A stretch of DNA of 63,757 bases, filler included, from Octopus bimaculoides (taxonomy: Eukaryota): assembly GCF_001194135.2 (NCBI RefSeq). It is 3 parts of 3 records of this genome, joined end to end, with 100 filler letters (N's around TTAATTAATTAA, not from the genome) between each part and the next. Parts side by side here need not be neighbours in the genome. Positions count along the whole stretch, not along the records: positions 1 to 27,401 come from NC_068988.1; 2 more parts are not named here. The stretch is one strand, 5' to 3'. The notes beneath the pieces were generated by a model. That model searched no databases and was not told the origin of the DNA. It was given only the letters and a program-made list of their open reading frames with translations. The position numbers and the translations under genes are program-made. Below, in pieces: positions 11,801-24,001 of the stretch; position 1 is the first letter of the stretch; every line of letters begins with the position of its first letter.

Positions 11801-12487
11801 ACCTCTGAAAGGTACTGATGAGTCAAGTGTATTATGAATACACATTTGTCTGAAAGTAGTTGTTCTCCATTGATAAGATACAGAGAAACATCAGTGATTA
11901 GCATATTAATGTTCAAAAAGAATGATATATAAATGATTGTTTTGATTTTTGACTGTTTAGCATGCACAAAGTAATTTATTAAATGCTTTACATATCCACA
12001 GTGTTGTACTTGTCTTGCAGGCTACTTGAGCTGAGACTGTGTATTGGAACTACATTGTGGAAGAGCCATTTAATAACACATAAAACCGTTAAATTCACTT
12101 CAAACTTGCATTTATTTTATGAGGTGTCAAACTTGTTGCTCAGTTTGCAGTCTAGGACTGACACGTTTCAAACTCTAACTATGTCAGCAACATGGTTGCA
12201 GTTGTACAGTAAAATGTTTAATACTTCATGAAATATATTTAAATTTAAAGTAAATTTAACAGCTTTGTATAATATTAACTGGCTTTCTCATTAAACCTTT
12301 TGCTACCAACCAGTTTCAAACTATCCCTGATTCTGTTATATAAATTTCCTGTTTAACCCTTCAGCATTCAGATTACTCTGTCAAAATTAATACTTACTTG
12401 TTTGCACTATTTTGAATTAATCCTGCATTATCTTGCAGCTTTGAGATTTTCATAATGTCATCATCATCATCCTATATGTATCCTCAT

Positions 12488-12869
12488 GGAGGCGCAGTGG
12501 CCCAGTGGTTAGGGCAGTGGACTCGCGGTCATAGGATCGCGGTTTCAATTCCCAGACCGAGCGTTTTGGGTGTTTATTGAGCGAAAACACCTTAAGTTCC
12601 ACAAGGCTCCGGCAGGGGATGGTGACGAACCCTGCTGTACTCTTTCACCACAACTTTCTCTCACTCTTTCTTCCTGTTTCTGTTGTACCTGTATTTCAAA
12701 GGGCCAGCCTTGTCACACTCTGTGTCACCTTGAATCTCCCCGGGAACTACGTTAAGGGTACACGTGACTGTGGAGTGCTCAGCCACTTGCATATTAATTT
12801 CACAAGCAAGCTGTTCCGTTGATTGGATCAACCGGAACCCTCGTCATCGTAGCCAATGGAGTGCCAACC
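12488..12869 (+). mobile_element. SINE family C, full length
   Basis: Colinear with 7631-8012. Confidence 0.92.
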
Positions 12870-13036
12870 AACCATATGTATCTCCAAACCATGAACTATG
12901 AAATAACTATTTTCAGCATATCAAACTTCGATATGTCAATAAACCACTATCGTTCCTGAAAGTTGTTTTTAATATCTTCTATGAACTGCTCAAAGCTTAC
13001 TAACTTCCTACATCTTGATCCTTGGATCTTACCCTT

Positions 13037-13069
<33 letters not shown>

Positions 13070-13467
13070 GGCGCAGGAGTGGCTGTGTGGAAAGTAGCTT
13101 GCTTACCAACCACATGGTTCCGAGTTCAGTCCCACAGCGTGGCACCTTGGGCAAGTGTCTTCTACTATAGCCTCGGGCCGACCAAAGCCTTGTGAGTGGA
13201 TTTGGTAGATGGAAACTCAAAGAAGCCCGTTGTATATATGTATATATATATGTGTGTGTTTGTGTGTCTGTGTTTGTCCTCCTAGCATTGCTTGACAACC
13301 GATGCTGGTGTGTTTATGTCCCCGTCACTTAGCGGTTCGGCAAAAAGAGACCGATAGAATAAGTACTAGGCTTACAAAGAATAAGTCCCGGGGTCGATTT
13401 GCTCGACTAAAGGTGGTGCTCCAGCATGGCCGCAGTCAAATGACTGAAACAAGTAAAAGAGTAAAAG

Positions 13468-13470
<3 letters not shown>
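13070..13470 (+). mobile_element. SINE family A, full length
   Basis: GGCGCAGGAGTGGCTGTGTGG head through AAAAGAGTAAAAGAG tail. Confidence 0.95.
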
Positions 13471-13502
<32 letters not shown>

Positions 13503-13544
13503 TATTTATATATACACACAAACACACACAGGAACATAATTTAA

Positions 13545-13700
13545 TATCCATCTTCCATGCTGACATGGGTTGGATAGATGTTTCGTCAGGATCTGGTGAA
13601 CCACAACACTGCATCATGATCCATGTTAGTTTTGGCATGATTTCTACAGCTGGATGCCCCTTCCTAACACCAACCACTTTACAGTGTGTAATTCGCATTT
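13545..13700 (-). mobile_element. RTE-tailed SINE fragment
   Basis: Reverse complement of the 26400-26570 element. Confidence 0.7.
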
Positions 13701-13807
13701 ATACACACACACACACACACACACACACATCTTTTTCTATGTCTCTGCTTCTTTCTATCTATCTATCTATCTATCTATAAATGTATGTAAATGTATACAT
13801 ACAAACA

Positions 13808-14406
13808 GCAGGTGTGGCTGTGTTGTAAGAAGCTTGCTTCCCAACCGCATGGTTTCAGGTTCAGTCCCACCACATGGCACCTTGGGCAAGTGTCTTCTAC
13901 TATAGCCTTTGACTGACCAAAGCCTTGTGAGTGGATTTGGTGGATGGAAACTGAAAGAAGCCCGTCATATATATGTATATGTGTGGATGGAAAATAAAAG
14001 AAGCCTGAGATTGCTAACCACTACACACATTTTTTTCTCTCCTATTTTTCTGTGTTCCTTTCTGTGGAAGAGCGTAGGCTCGAAACGTTAAAGACTTTTT
14101 CAATTCCCGAGTGTTATACTAATACATCTGTTTGTTTTCTTCACCACCTGTCTTCGTCTTTTGTGTTTTTGTGAATTCTCCCTATATATATGTATATGTG
14201 TCTGTGTGTCTGTGTTTGTCTCCCACCATCGCTTGACAACCGATGTTGGTGTGTTTACGTCCTTGTAACTTAGCAGTTTGTCAAAAGAGACTGATAGTAT
14301 AAGTACTAGGCTTAGAAAGAATAAGTCCGGGGACTCGATTTGTTCGACTAAAGGCTGTGCTCCAGCATGGCCGTAGTCAGATGACTGAAACAAGTGAAAG
14401 AATAAA
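13808..14406 (+). mobile_element. SINE family A split by a ~185-bp Penelope-like insert (~14000-14185)
   Basis: The 5' half ends at GAAGCCCGTCATAT; the 3' half resumes at GTGTCTGTGTTTGTC. Confidence 0.85.
14058..14093 (+). ncRNA. Minimal type I hammerhead-like motif, core variant CUGUGGA
   Basis: CUUU-CUGUGGA-A-GAGC-guag-GCUC-GAA-ACGU-U-AAAG; stems I and II are perfectly paired; the conserved A6 is U. Confidence 0.7.
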
Positions 14407-14538
14407 ATATATATAAAGATATAACTATATTCATATATGCATATGCAAAAATGGGTCTTGAAATATTGGAAGTTTTTCACCTTCCCATTCAGTTGTGTAT
14501 TGATCTGTTTATTGAACTGGTTCTCACATGACACCTGT

Positions 14539-14570
<32 letters not shown>

Positions 14571-14966
14571 CTCACACATTCATAGAAGCTTTCTCTCCCC
14601 TGTTTCCCCCTCTGCCTCACCTTTCCCATTCCTTCTTTTCTATTCCAGTTTTCTATGGATTCATCTCCATATTTTGTCTTGTGATTAAGTACCTCCATCT
14701 ACACACTGGCTCCCTCCACACACACACACATACGCACACAATCTTCTTTTCCTTCCCCCCCCACCCCTTGACTTCTTTTCCTTACACGACCTGTTTTTAC
14801 TTACAATTGAGCTTCTCGTTCAACACAGAATTACACAGGTATACAGGTGTGTATATATGTGTGTATATATGTATGTATGCATGCACCACCCAGATACGCG
14901 TTTATGTACCTACAAATTTATGCATGTACTCCTTATCTTACCTGTAAACAATTTACCATTGTATAT

Positions 14967-15346
14967 TCTTTTATTCTTTTACTTGTTTCAGTCGTTTGAC
15001 TGCGGCCATGCTGAAGCACCGCCTTTAGTCAAGCTAATTGACCCCAGGACTTATTCTTTGTAAGCCTAGTATTTATTCTATCGGTGTCTTTTGCTGAACA
15101 GCTAAGTTACAGGGACATGAACACACCAACATTGTTTGTCAATCGATGGTAGGGGGACAAAAATACACACACACACACACACACACATGACAAGCTTCTT
15201 TCAGTTTCCGTCTACCAAATCCACTCACAAGGCTTTGGTCGGCCCGAGGCTATATTAGAAGACACTTGCTCAAGGTGCCACGCAGTGGGACTGAACCTGG
15301 AACCATGTGGTTGGTAAGCTAGCTATTTACCACATAGCTACTCCTG
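14967..15346 (-). mobile_element. SINE family A
   Basis: Reverse complement of 13070-13470. Confidence 0.92.
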
Positions 15347-15537
15347 TTTTTTTTCCTCATTCATCATCATTTGATGTCCGTTTGCCATGCTGGTATGGTT
15401 TTGTATGAATGCTCTTGTGGGTGTGTCTGTCTTTCTGTCTGTCTGCATCTCTCTTGCTCTCTCTCTTTATATACATTCATTCATGCATGCATGCATGCAT
15501 GCATACATACATACATACATACATACATACATACATA

Positions 15538-15918
15538 CAGGTGTAGGTGTGGTTGTGTGGTAAGAAACTTGCTTCCCAACCATATGGTTCCGGGTTCTGT
15601 ATCACTGTGTAGCACCTTGGGCAAGTGTCTTCTATTATAGATTTGGGCCGACCAAAGCCTTGTGAGTGAATTTGGTCAAATGAAAGAAGCCCATTGTATA
15701 TATGTATATCTATGTGTGTGTGTCTTAGTGTCTCCTCACGCTGCTTGACAACCGGTGTTGGTGTGCTTATGTCCCCATTACTTAGCAGTTCGACAAGAGA
15801 GATGATGGAATAATTACTAGGTTTAACAAAAATAAGTCTGGCGGGGTTGATCAATTAATTTGACTAAAGACTCTTCATGGCTGCAGTCTAATGACTGAAG
15901 CAAGTTCAAGGTAAAAGA
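15538..15918 (+). mobile_element. SINE family A (older copy)
   Basis: Colinear with other family A copies. Confidence 0.88.
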
Positions 15919-15950
15919 TATATATATATATATATAAAAACACACACATA

Positions 15951-15991
<41 letters not shown>

Positions 15992-16605
15992 TCATTCATT
16001 CGTATGTATTAGAGAGTTACTAACTATAATTCTGTTCAAACATGGCAAAGCATATAACAGTTTCTGTTGAGCAATATAACCTACTCGAAAATTTGAGAAA
16101 TTATTGTGCCTAATTTGCATACTTGAGGTTTGAATATTTAATTAGCTAATTTGCATATTTAATCAGCTATTTACATGTGATACTGTGTACCTGCAAAGAG
16201 ATGAAGAGTCCGTTGGAGTCCTTTGGGATTTGAACTTTGGATATCAGGGAAAGAAATCTAAATGTTATTTGACAGGCATCATCATCATCATCATCATCAT
16301 CATCCTCATCATCATCATTTAACATCCATCTTCTGTGGTGATGTGGGTTGGATGGTTTGACAGGAGCTGTAAGCTGGAGGACTGCATCAAGTATCACTTT
16401 CTGTTTTGGTACACTAATTGCCAAAGTGATTTCTAGGAATTTTATAAACACACACACACACAAAAGCAGAAATGCACATACACACATATACACATGTGCT
16501 TGCATACCACAAATGCATATACACATACAATGTATACATACACTCATACATGCAACAAACATGCATACCACACAGATGTACATGCACACACAAGCATACT
16601 TACAG

Positions 16606-16835
16606 TGGTGAGCTGGCAGAAACGTTAGCACACTGGGCGAAATGCTTAGCGGTATTTCGTCTGTCTTTACGTTCTGAGTTCAAATTCCGCCGAGGTCGAC
16701 TTAGCCTTTCATCCTTTCGGGGTCGATTAAATAAGTACCAGTTATGCACTGGGGTCGATGTAATCGACTTAATCCCTTTGTCTGTCCTTGTTTGTCCCCT
16801 CTATGTTTAGCCCCTTGTGGGCAATAAAGAAATAA
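16606..16835 (+). mobile_element. tRNA-derived SINE, family B, full length
   Basis: GGTGAGCTGGCAGAAACGTTAG head, GAGTTCAAATTCC B-box, AAAGAAATAA tail; matches 23210 and 52618. Confidence 0.93.
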
Positions 16836-17179
16836 CAAACATACACACACATATACACACACACACAAACATTCATGTTATACACACAGACATAAAACAT
16901 ACACAACCATATACATACATGCACACATACACATACATGCAAATACATATATGTAATTATTCTGTTACTTAACATTGCTGTATGAAGTTTTCTTAATTAC
17001 ATCTAATTACATTTTAATTAAAGGGGTAATCAGTTCTATCATACACATACATACCTACACATGTGCATACATACACACACATACACATAAACATACATCC
17101 ACACACTCTGGTACACAAACACCTGTATGTGTGTTTACATCTGTGTGTATGTATGTACACATGCATGCATCAGTTTCAA

Positions 17180-17525
17180 AATTTGGCACAAGGCCAGCAA
17201 TTTCGGCAGAGGGACAATATATTGATTACATTGACCTCCAGTGTTCAACTGGTACTTATTTTATCGAGTCCGAAAAGCTGAAAGGCTAAGTTAACCTTGG
17301 CAGAATTTGAACACAGAAGGCAGCGAGCTGGCAGAATCGTTAGAATGCTGCATGAAATGCGTCACAGTATTTTGCCTGTCACTACGTTCTGAGTTCAAAT
17401 TCCGCCGAGGTTGACTTTGCCTTTCATCCTTTTGGGGTTGATGAAATAAGTACCAGTTACGCATTGGAGTCAATGAAATTGACTATCCCCTTCCCCAAAT
17501 TTCAGACCTTGTGCCTATAGTAGAA
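17180..17525. mobile_element. Two family B SINEs head-to-head (minus 17180-17318, plus 17319-17525)
   Basis: The left segment is the reverse complement of the body of the right copy. Confidence 0.85.
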
Positions 17526-18199
17526 AAAAAATAGAGAATAAAATGTTTTGAATGGTACAACAATGCACTATAATACAAAAAATGGACTATATACCTGTTG
17601 TAATTTAGTTATCCATAGTCTGATGATATTTCGGAATACAATTTCTTCTTCAGATATTCTTAGATCGAGTCTCTGCTATAATTGGTTTTCAATGGCTTTT
17701 TTAAAAAATTTTGTTTTTACTCTCCTAAAAAAAAAATGGCCCTTGTAACTACACCCAATTTACACCTAATTTTCTTAGTGACAACCAACAATGGAGCATG
17801 GTACCTTTTTAAAGACTTGCCCAAGACAAACAAATGTAAAGTATAGTGTCTTGTTTTTGGCAACAAACTTGTATTTACATTATTTATATTCAACGGATAC
17901 TTGCCCTCATCTTGTTTGCTGTTCACACGTTTCGTCGAATGTAAATAATGTAAATAATGTACATAATTTCTCGTCTCTTAAATATAGAACTGTATAATAG
18001 GTTAGATAGGATGATGTCTATATTGCAATATTACAATAACCAACAATATGTTGTGCATGTATAGTAATATTATGGACATGAAATTAGCATTAGCTTATCT
18101 CACTCTTTCTTGTGGAACCCTAGGGTTTCAGGGAACTCTGGTTGAGAAATGCTGGCATAGAAGATTCTTACAAGAAGCTGATAGCTTCTATTATGTAGG

Positions 18200-18520
18200 T
18201 GATCTGTGAAGGTGTGTGGGTTAGCGGCTAGGATATTCAGCTCATGATCGTAAGGTTGTGAGTTCAGTTCCCAGCAACACATTGTCTCCTTGAGCAAGAC
18301 ACTATATTTCACATTGCTCCTGTCCATTCAGTTGGCAAAAATGTGTAGTACCTGTAGTTACAAGGGCCAGCCTTGTCACATTCTATGTTACCCTGAATCC
18401 TCATGAGAACTATGTTAAGGGTACGCATGCCTGCAGAGTGCTCAGCCATTTGCACATTAATTTCATGAGCAGGCTGTTCTGTTGATCGGATCAACTGGAG
18501 TATTTATTGTAACCGATGGA
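18200..18520 (+). mobile_element. SINE with family D core and family C-type 3' half
   Basis: GAGTTCAGTTCCC, CCTTGAGCAAGACACT core, then CAAGGGCCAGCCTTGTCAC...GATCAACTGG as in family C. Confidence 0.75.
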
Positions 18521-18559
18521 AACAAACTGCTTACCACACAGCCATACCTGCACTTCTTG

Positions 18560-18920
18560 GAGCAGGTATGACTCCTCCAATGGAACACAGAGAAGCTGAG
18601 AAAAAGCAGAAAAAACACAACAAAAACCCTGTACAAGAAGAATCAAATGGATCGTGCAAAAGAGGAGATTGCACTAGTGTGGAACATGTAATGTATATGA
18701 AGGATGATGTTTGGGTAAAAATGTGCCAAATTAGATCCTAGAGGAAGGAACCTTCAGCACCGGAAGACATGGGTAAAAGCAGTGGGAGCTGATCTCAGGA
18801 TGTTGGTTCTCAGGAAGGAGATGACAAAAGACTACAACAAGTAGTAAAATGGTGTATTGGAGTAAACATGCCTCACCCCTCTACCAGCATGAAAAAAAAA
18901 TGGATGAAAAATGATGATGA
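18560..18920 (+). mobile_element. RTE-clade LINE 3' end
   Basis: Translates near '...RKTWVKAVGADLRMLVLRKEMTKD', RTE-like; ends in a (TGA)n tail. Confidence 0.7.
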
Positions 18921-19164
18921 TATATTATGGTGATGTAATGTTTCCTGGTTTTCTTGTTTTTTGTTTTTGTTTTACTTTCACTTTGGAAGTTAAAGAGAGG
19001 GAAATCTGGTTGCAATATGTGTGTGTGTATAGTGAAAGAAAACCTTCAATTTGAAGTTAAAACCTGTATTTCTGTGTATTTGTGACTCTGTGTGTGTGTG
19101 TGTTTATATATGTATATCTGTCTATATATGAATGTATGTATATACATATATATAGATGTGTGTA

Positions 19165-19266
<102 letters not shown>

Positions 19267-19982
19267 GAATTTGTGTCCATATGTTCATTTTTGTGAGAAA
19301 GCTTTCAGTTTTGAAACCAGAATCTGGGTGTAATTATATATGTATATTTGTATGTTCCTATGCCTGCATATGTTTGTGTATTTATTTGTGTATATGTGTG
19401 CATGTAAGAGAGATAAAGAGGGAGAGAGTGAGAGAAAGCTGTCAATTTTAGAAGCCAAAATATGGGTAGAAATATATTGTGTGTGTATATGTGTGTTGTG
19501 TTTCTGTGCATGTCTAAGTATGTGTGTGTAGGTGGTGTAAGGCTCTTTCAGTTTTGTATCTAAAACCTGGTTGTAATTATATATGCTTCCATGTATTTGG
19601 GTGAAGGTGTCGGAGATGTAAAGAGTACGAGCTTTCAATTTTAGGGTTAAAAATTTGCATGCAATTTTGTGTCTCTGTATGATGTGTGTGTTTATGTGCA
19701 TCTGTGTGTTGGTGTTGTGTGTATGTATATTTATATATTTCTCCATATGTGTGTATATGTATTTGTATATATGTGTGTGTATACAATATATATTTGTTTC
19801 TGCATATGTATATGTATATATCTGTGTATATATATGTGTGTGTGCAGGCATGAAATTTGGTATTAATATTTTTGATTGATAACTGATGAAGAATTAGAGT
19901 CCTGCAGTCTGTCCTCAGTGTATATTTTATAGTATTTAATGCATTTTTGATTTATGGAATAGCTGAGTACCACACATCCCAA

Positions 19983-20033
<51 letters not shown>

Positions 20034-20573
20034 GTTTTGTGCACGCGTGTGTGTGCGAGCGTGTATGCAGGTATGTATATATTTTTGGACGAATGTGTGG
20101 GTGAGCATGTGTGTGTTTCAAGTGAGGGTGGATGAGTATATACATATAGTGCATGTATGTGGGTGTGCAGACGCACATGTGTAAGTACGGATTGGTGCAC
20201 TTACGCGAATACTATGGACATTTTTACTCCCTTACCTTTATTCCCTCCCCTCACTTGGCGGTCATTNNNNNNNNNNTTATTCCCTCCCCTCACTTGGCGG
20301 TCATTCTAATAGCTCTTTTGTCTTAATAACGGTCAATCACATAGTAATTTCCCTTTGTTTAACGGTCTTAGCATCTTTTATGATGGCCAGATAAGTGAAG
20401 AGATGGCGGCGTGGGTCTCCACCCCGACATCCGAAACTCAGAGTTTTACCATGGCTACCGAATAATTGTCACATATTATTTACAGATAAATTCCTCTATT
20501 TACATAATATTGAGGTCTCTTTCTTTCTTTTGTTGTCTTACCTTTTCTATCAATACACACACACACACTCACA

Positions 20574-20631
<58 letters not shown>

Positions 20632-20639
20632 AGGGATGA

Positions 20640-21115
20640 AAAGCAAAGTCACTCTTGGCGGAATTGGAACTCAGTGTAAAGACGGATGAAATGCTGTTGA
20701 GCATTTTGCTCGGCATGCAAACAATTCCGCCAGGTAGCTGTGTTATATCCACCAGCTTGATGCCTTATATCCACCAGCTCATTGCCTTATATCTGCCAGC
20801 TCGCTGCCTTATATCTGTCACCTTGCTGTCTTATATCTGCCAGCTTGCCATAATAATAATTCTTTCTACTATAGGTACAAGACCTGAAATTTTGGGGAAA
20901 GAGGCTAGTTGATTACGTCGACCCTAATACTTGATTGGTACTGACCCCGAAATGATGAATGCATTGACCTCAGTGCTCAACTCTGCTTACTTTATCGACC
21001 CCAAAAAGATGAGAAGCAAAGTCAACCTTGCAAGAATTTGAACTCAGAATGTAAAGACTAATGAAATGCTGTTAAGGATTTTGCCCAATGTGCTAACAAT
21101 TCTGCCAGCATGCCG
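20640..21115 (-). mobile_element. Family B SINE pieces flanking a 22-bp minisatellite
   Basis: Reverse-complement family B segments at ~20640-20735 and ~20860-21112. Confidence 0.75.
20739..20849. repeat. 22-bp minisatellite, ~5 units
   Basis: TGCCTTATATCTGCCAGCTCGC-like units at 20761, 20783, 20805 and 20827. Confidence 0.9.
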
Positions 21116-21289
21116 GCTTAATGATAATAATAATAATAATAATAATTTTTTGTATTTGCCACCAGGGTAACAGGTGAGGGGACAGTAGAAAGACAGACAT
21201 AAAATGTGGGAATTTACATAGAAGGGAATGATATAAAAAAGAAGCAACAAAAAAACTAGAAAATATACATGGTATACAGTATAAATAGT

Positions 21290-21530
21290 GGAGGCGCATG
21301 GCTTAGTGGTTAGGGTGTCAGCACCATGATCGTAAGATTGTGGTATCGATTCCTGGACCGGGCGACGCGTTGTGTTCTTGAGCAAAACACTTCATTTCAC
21401 GTTGCTCCAGTCCACTCAGCTTGCAAAAGTGAGTAACGCTGCGATGGACTGGTGTCCCGTCCAGCTGGGGATACATACCCCATTGAAACCGGAAAGCCGG
21501 GCCCATGAGCCTGGTTCAGCTTTAAAATGG
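21290..21530 (+). mobile_element. SINE family D
   Basis: GGAGGCGCATGGCTTAGTGG head, GGTATCGATTCC, TTCTTGAGCAAAACACTT core; copies at 28975 (minus), 47925 and 62330 (minus). Confidence 0.88.
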
Positions 21531-22066
21531 CGCATTTATTTATCTTTTTTTATATAGTATAAATAAAAGGAAAAATGTATACAAAGTATACATCAGTAAA
21601 AAAAAAAAAAAGAAAAAGCAAGGGTGATATAAGATAAATGGTTTCTAAACATAGTCACAAAGGCAGAAATTTTGTGGGAGAGAGAACACTTGAGTCTATC
21701 AATACCTTGGTACTTGACTGATAGAATAAGTACCAGCCAAGTACTGGTGTTGATATAATCAGTAATTATGATGAGAATGATGATGATGATGATAATGGTG
21801 GTGGTGATGATGATGATGATGATGATGGAGGTGAAGTTAAAAATTTAAAAGGAAGCAAAAAGCTGCACCCCCCGGCAAAAGTATTGTTTCAGCATGAAGT
21901 TCAGTTCTGCCAATAATGGTGTGTATTGGTTCTATTGATCTCATCTGTTACCAATGTTCGCGCGCGCGTGTTTGTTCGTGTCATATATGTGATGCATGTA
22001 TGTATGCATGCATATATATATGTGTGTGTGTATATCTTTATATGCATGCATATATCTCTATATATG

Positions 22067-22097
<31 letters not shown>

Positions 22098-22112
22098 CTA
22101 TATATATATATA

Positions 22113-22201
<89 letters not shown>

Positions 22202-22559
22202 GTATATATATAGGTATATACATATGTGTATATATGTATATATATACATGCACAGATACATACATATGTACATACGCACGCTTGCACACAATCTAGTTCC
22301 ATGCCAACAAGCGCCATACTCTATTGGCATTGTATAATCTTCTCCTTTATGTCATGTGACCAAACACAATTTGATGTCATTGATTCTTCTCACACTGCAT
22401 TCACTTCGGTTTCATTCATTATGTCCTCATTCATGCTGCTCCTTCAGATCATCTCTTTTTCTCCCTCCCCCACACTTTCTGCCTTTTCTTCTTCCTCGTC
22501 CTTGTTGTTGTCATCCTCCTTCTCCTCCCCCCTTTGTTGCTATTCTTCTTTCTTCTTTT

Positions 22560-22720
22560 ACCTTTGTTGTTGTTGTTATTGTTGTTCTTTTTCTTCTTGT
22601 TCTTCTTGTTCTTCTTGTTCTTCTTGTTCTTTTTGTTGTTGTTGTTGTTCCTCTTCTTCTTCTTCTGCTGCTGCATCGTCTTCTTCTTCTTCTTCTTCTT
22701 CTTCTTCTTCTTCTTCTTCT

Positions 22721-22750
<30 letters not shown>
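22560..22750. repeat. (TCT)n/(TTG)n trinucleotide tract
   Basis: Directly visible; source of poly-S/L/E/K pseudo-ORFs. Confidence 0.95.
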
Positions 22751-22751
<1 letters not shown>

Positions 22752-23209
22752 TCCCCTCCTCACCTGACCACCCCTCCTGCATCGGCAGTGATAAACTTCA
22801 CAGGTATGGAAGTGCTGCCAGGCAGGGGCTGTTCTACACGGACAAATGCACAGCAATGGAAACCATACTGCACACACACACACCATGTCCAAACGTTACT
22901 GACCTGCAGTGAACAAGTGACATCATGTGTAGGATAAATTTGGCTTTTGGTCAAGCCTGTCATGAGCAGGTGTGTTCCTTTGTTTCTTTCTATCAAAATT
23001 CCCTGACACATCATTACATGACTTGCGGGGGGCTTTGGTTGAAGACACTTGCTGAAGGGGCTTTGATGTGGCGAGTGAACTTCTCAACCACATTGTGCCT
23101 GTGTGTGGATACCTGAGTGTACCTGAATCTCAACATTATGGTTGTAGTCAAGTATCGTTGGCATACAGGTATTGTTGTTCATTTACCAAAATTCTGCAGA
23201 AACATGTGT

Positions 23210-23430
23210 GGCGGCGAACTGGCAGAGACGTTAGCACACCGGGTGAAATGCTTAGCGGTATTTTGTCTGCCGCTATGTTCTGAGTTCAAATTCTGCCGAG
23301 GTCGACTTTGCCTTTCATCCTTTCGGGGGTCGATTAAATAAGTACCAGTTACGCACTGGGGTCAATATAATCGACTTAATCTGTTTGTCCCCTCTGTGTG
23401 TAGCCCCTTGTAGGCAGTAAAGAAATCAGA
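23210..23430 (+). mobile_element. SINE family B, full length
   Basis: Matches 16606-16835. Confidence 0.93.
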
Positions 23431-23641
23431 AACATGTATGGTCATGAGTGTTGGGGTAGGGGTTGGAAGTTGGGCGTGTATATTACCTTGCTTGAAAAGA
23501 AAGAGTTAAGGGCTGATTACAGGAAGGGCTTTAATGGCCCTAGGAAAAAATATCTGCCTCTGCGAATTCTGTCTTACCCATGCAAGCATGGAAAAGTGGA
23601 TGTTAGATGATTATTATGATGATGATGATGATGAAATGGTG

Positions 23642-23688
<47 letters not shown>

Positions 23689-23852
23689 CATCAGTATTAT
23701 TGCTTAATGTCCATTTTACCACACATGCATTGAACCATATATGTGTGTGTGTGTATATATATTTGTGCATATACATACATATGGGTAGGGCTCTCTCTCT
23801 CTCTCTCTCTGTATGTATATATATGTGTGTATATATATATATACATATATAT

Positions 23853-23900
<48 letters not shown>

Positions 23901-23957
23901 ATATATATACACATGTGTATATATATATACATGTATATATATATACACATGTGTATG

Positions 23958-24001
<44 letters not shown>

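Larger units (their letters stand above)
10934..11985 (+). repeat. Diverged tandem array (~2.4 units of 312-334 bp) with type I hammerhead motifs; retrozyme-like
   Basis: Homologous anchors at 10934/11268/11871; hammerhead motifs ending at 11198 and 11800; period is 312 bp after removing the MITE and one TSD. Confidence 0.75.

Noticed and set aside
11815-11870. CTGATGAG...TGAAAG with an internal hairpin
   Set aside because: Stems I and II do not close properly, and the homologous position in the other unit lacks the core.
20238-20306. 29-bp direct repeat around a 10-N gap
   Set aside because: Typical unmerged contig overlap.
22790-22940. Unique-looking stretch with weak splice signals on both strands
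   Set aside because: No recognisable protein and no consistent acceptor/donor pair.
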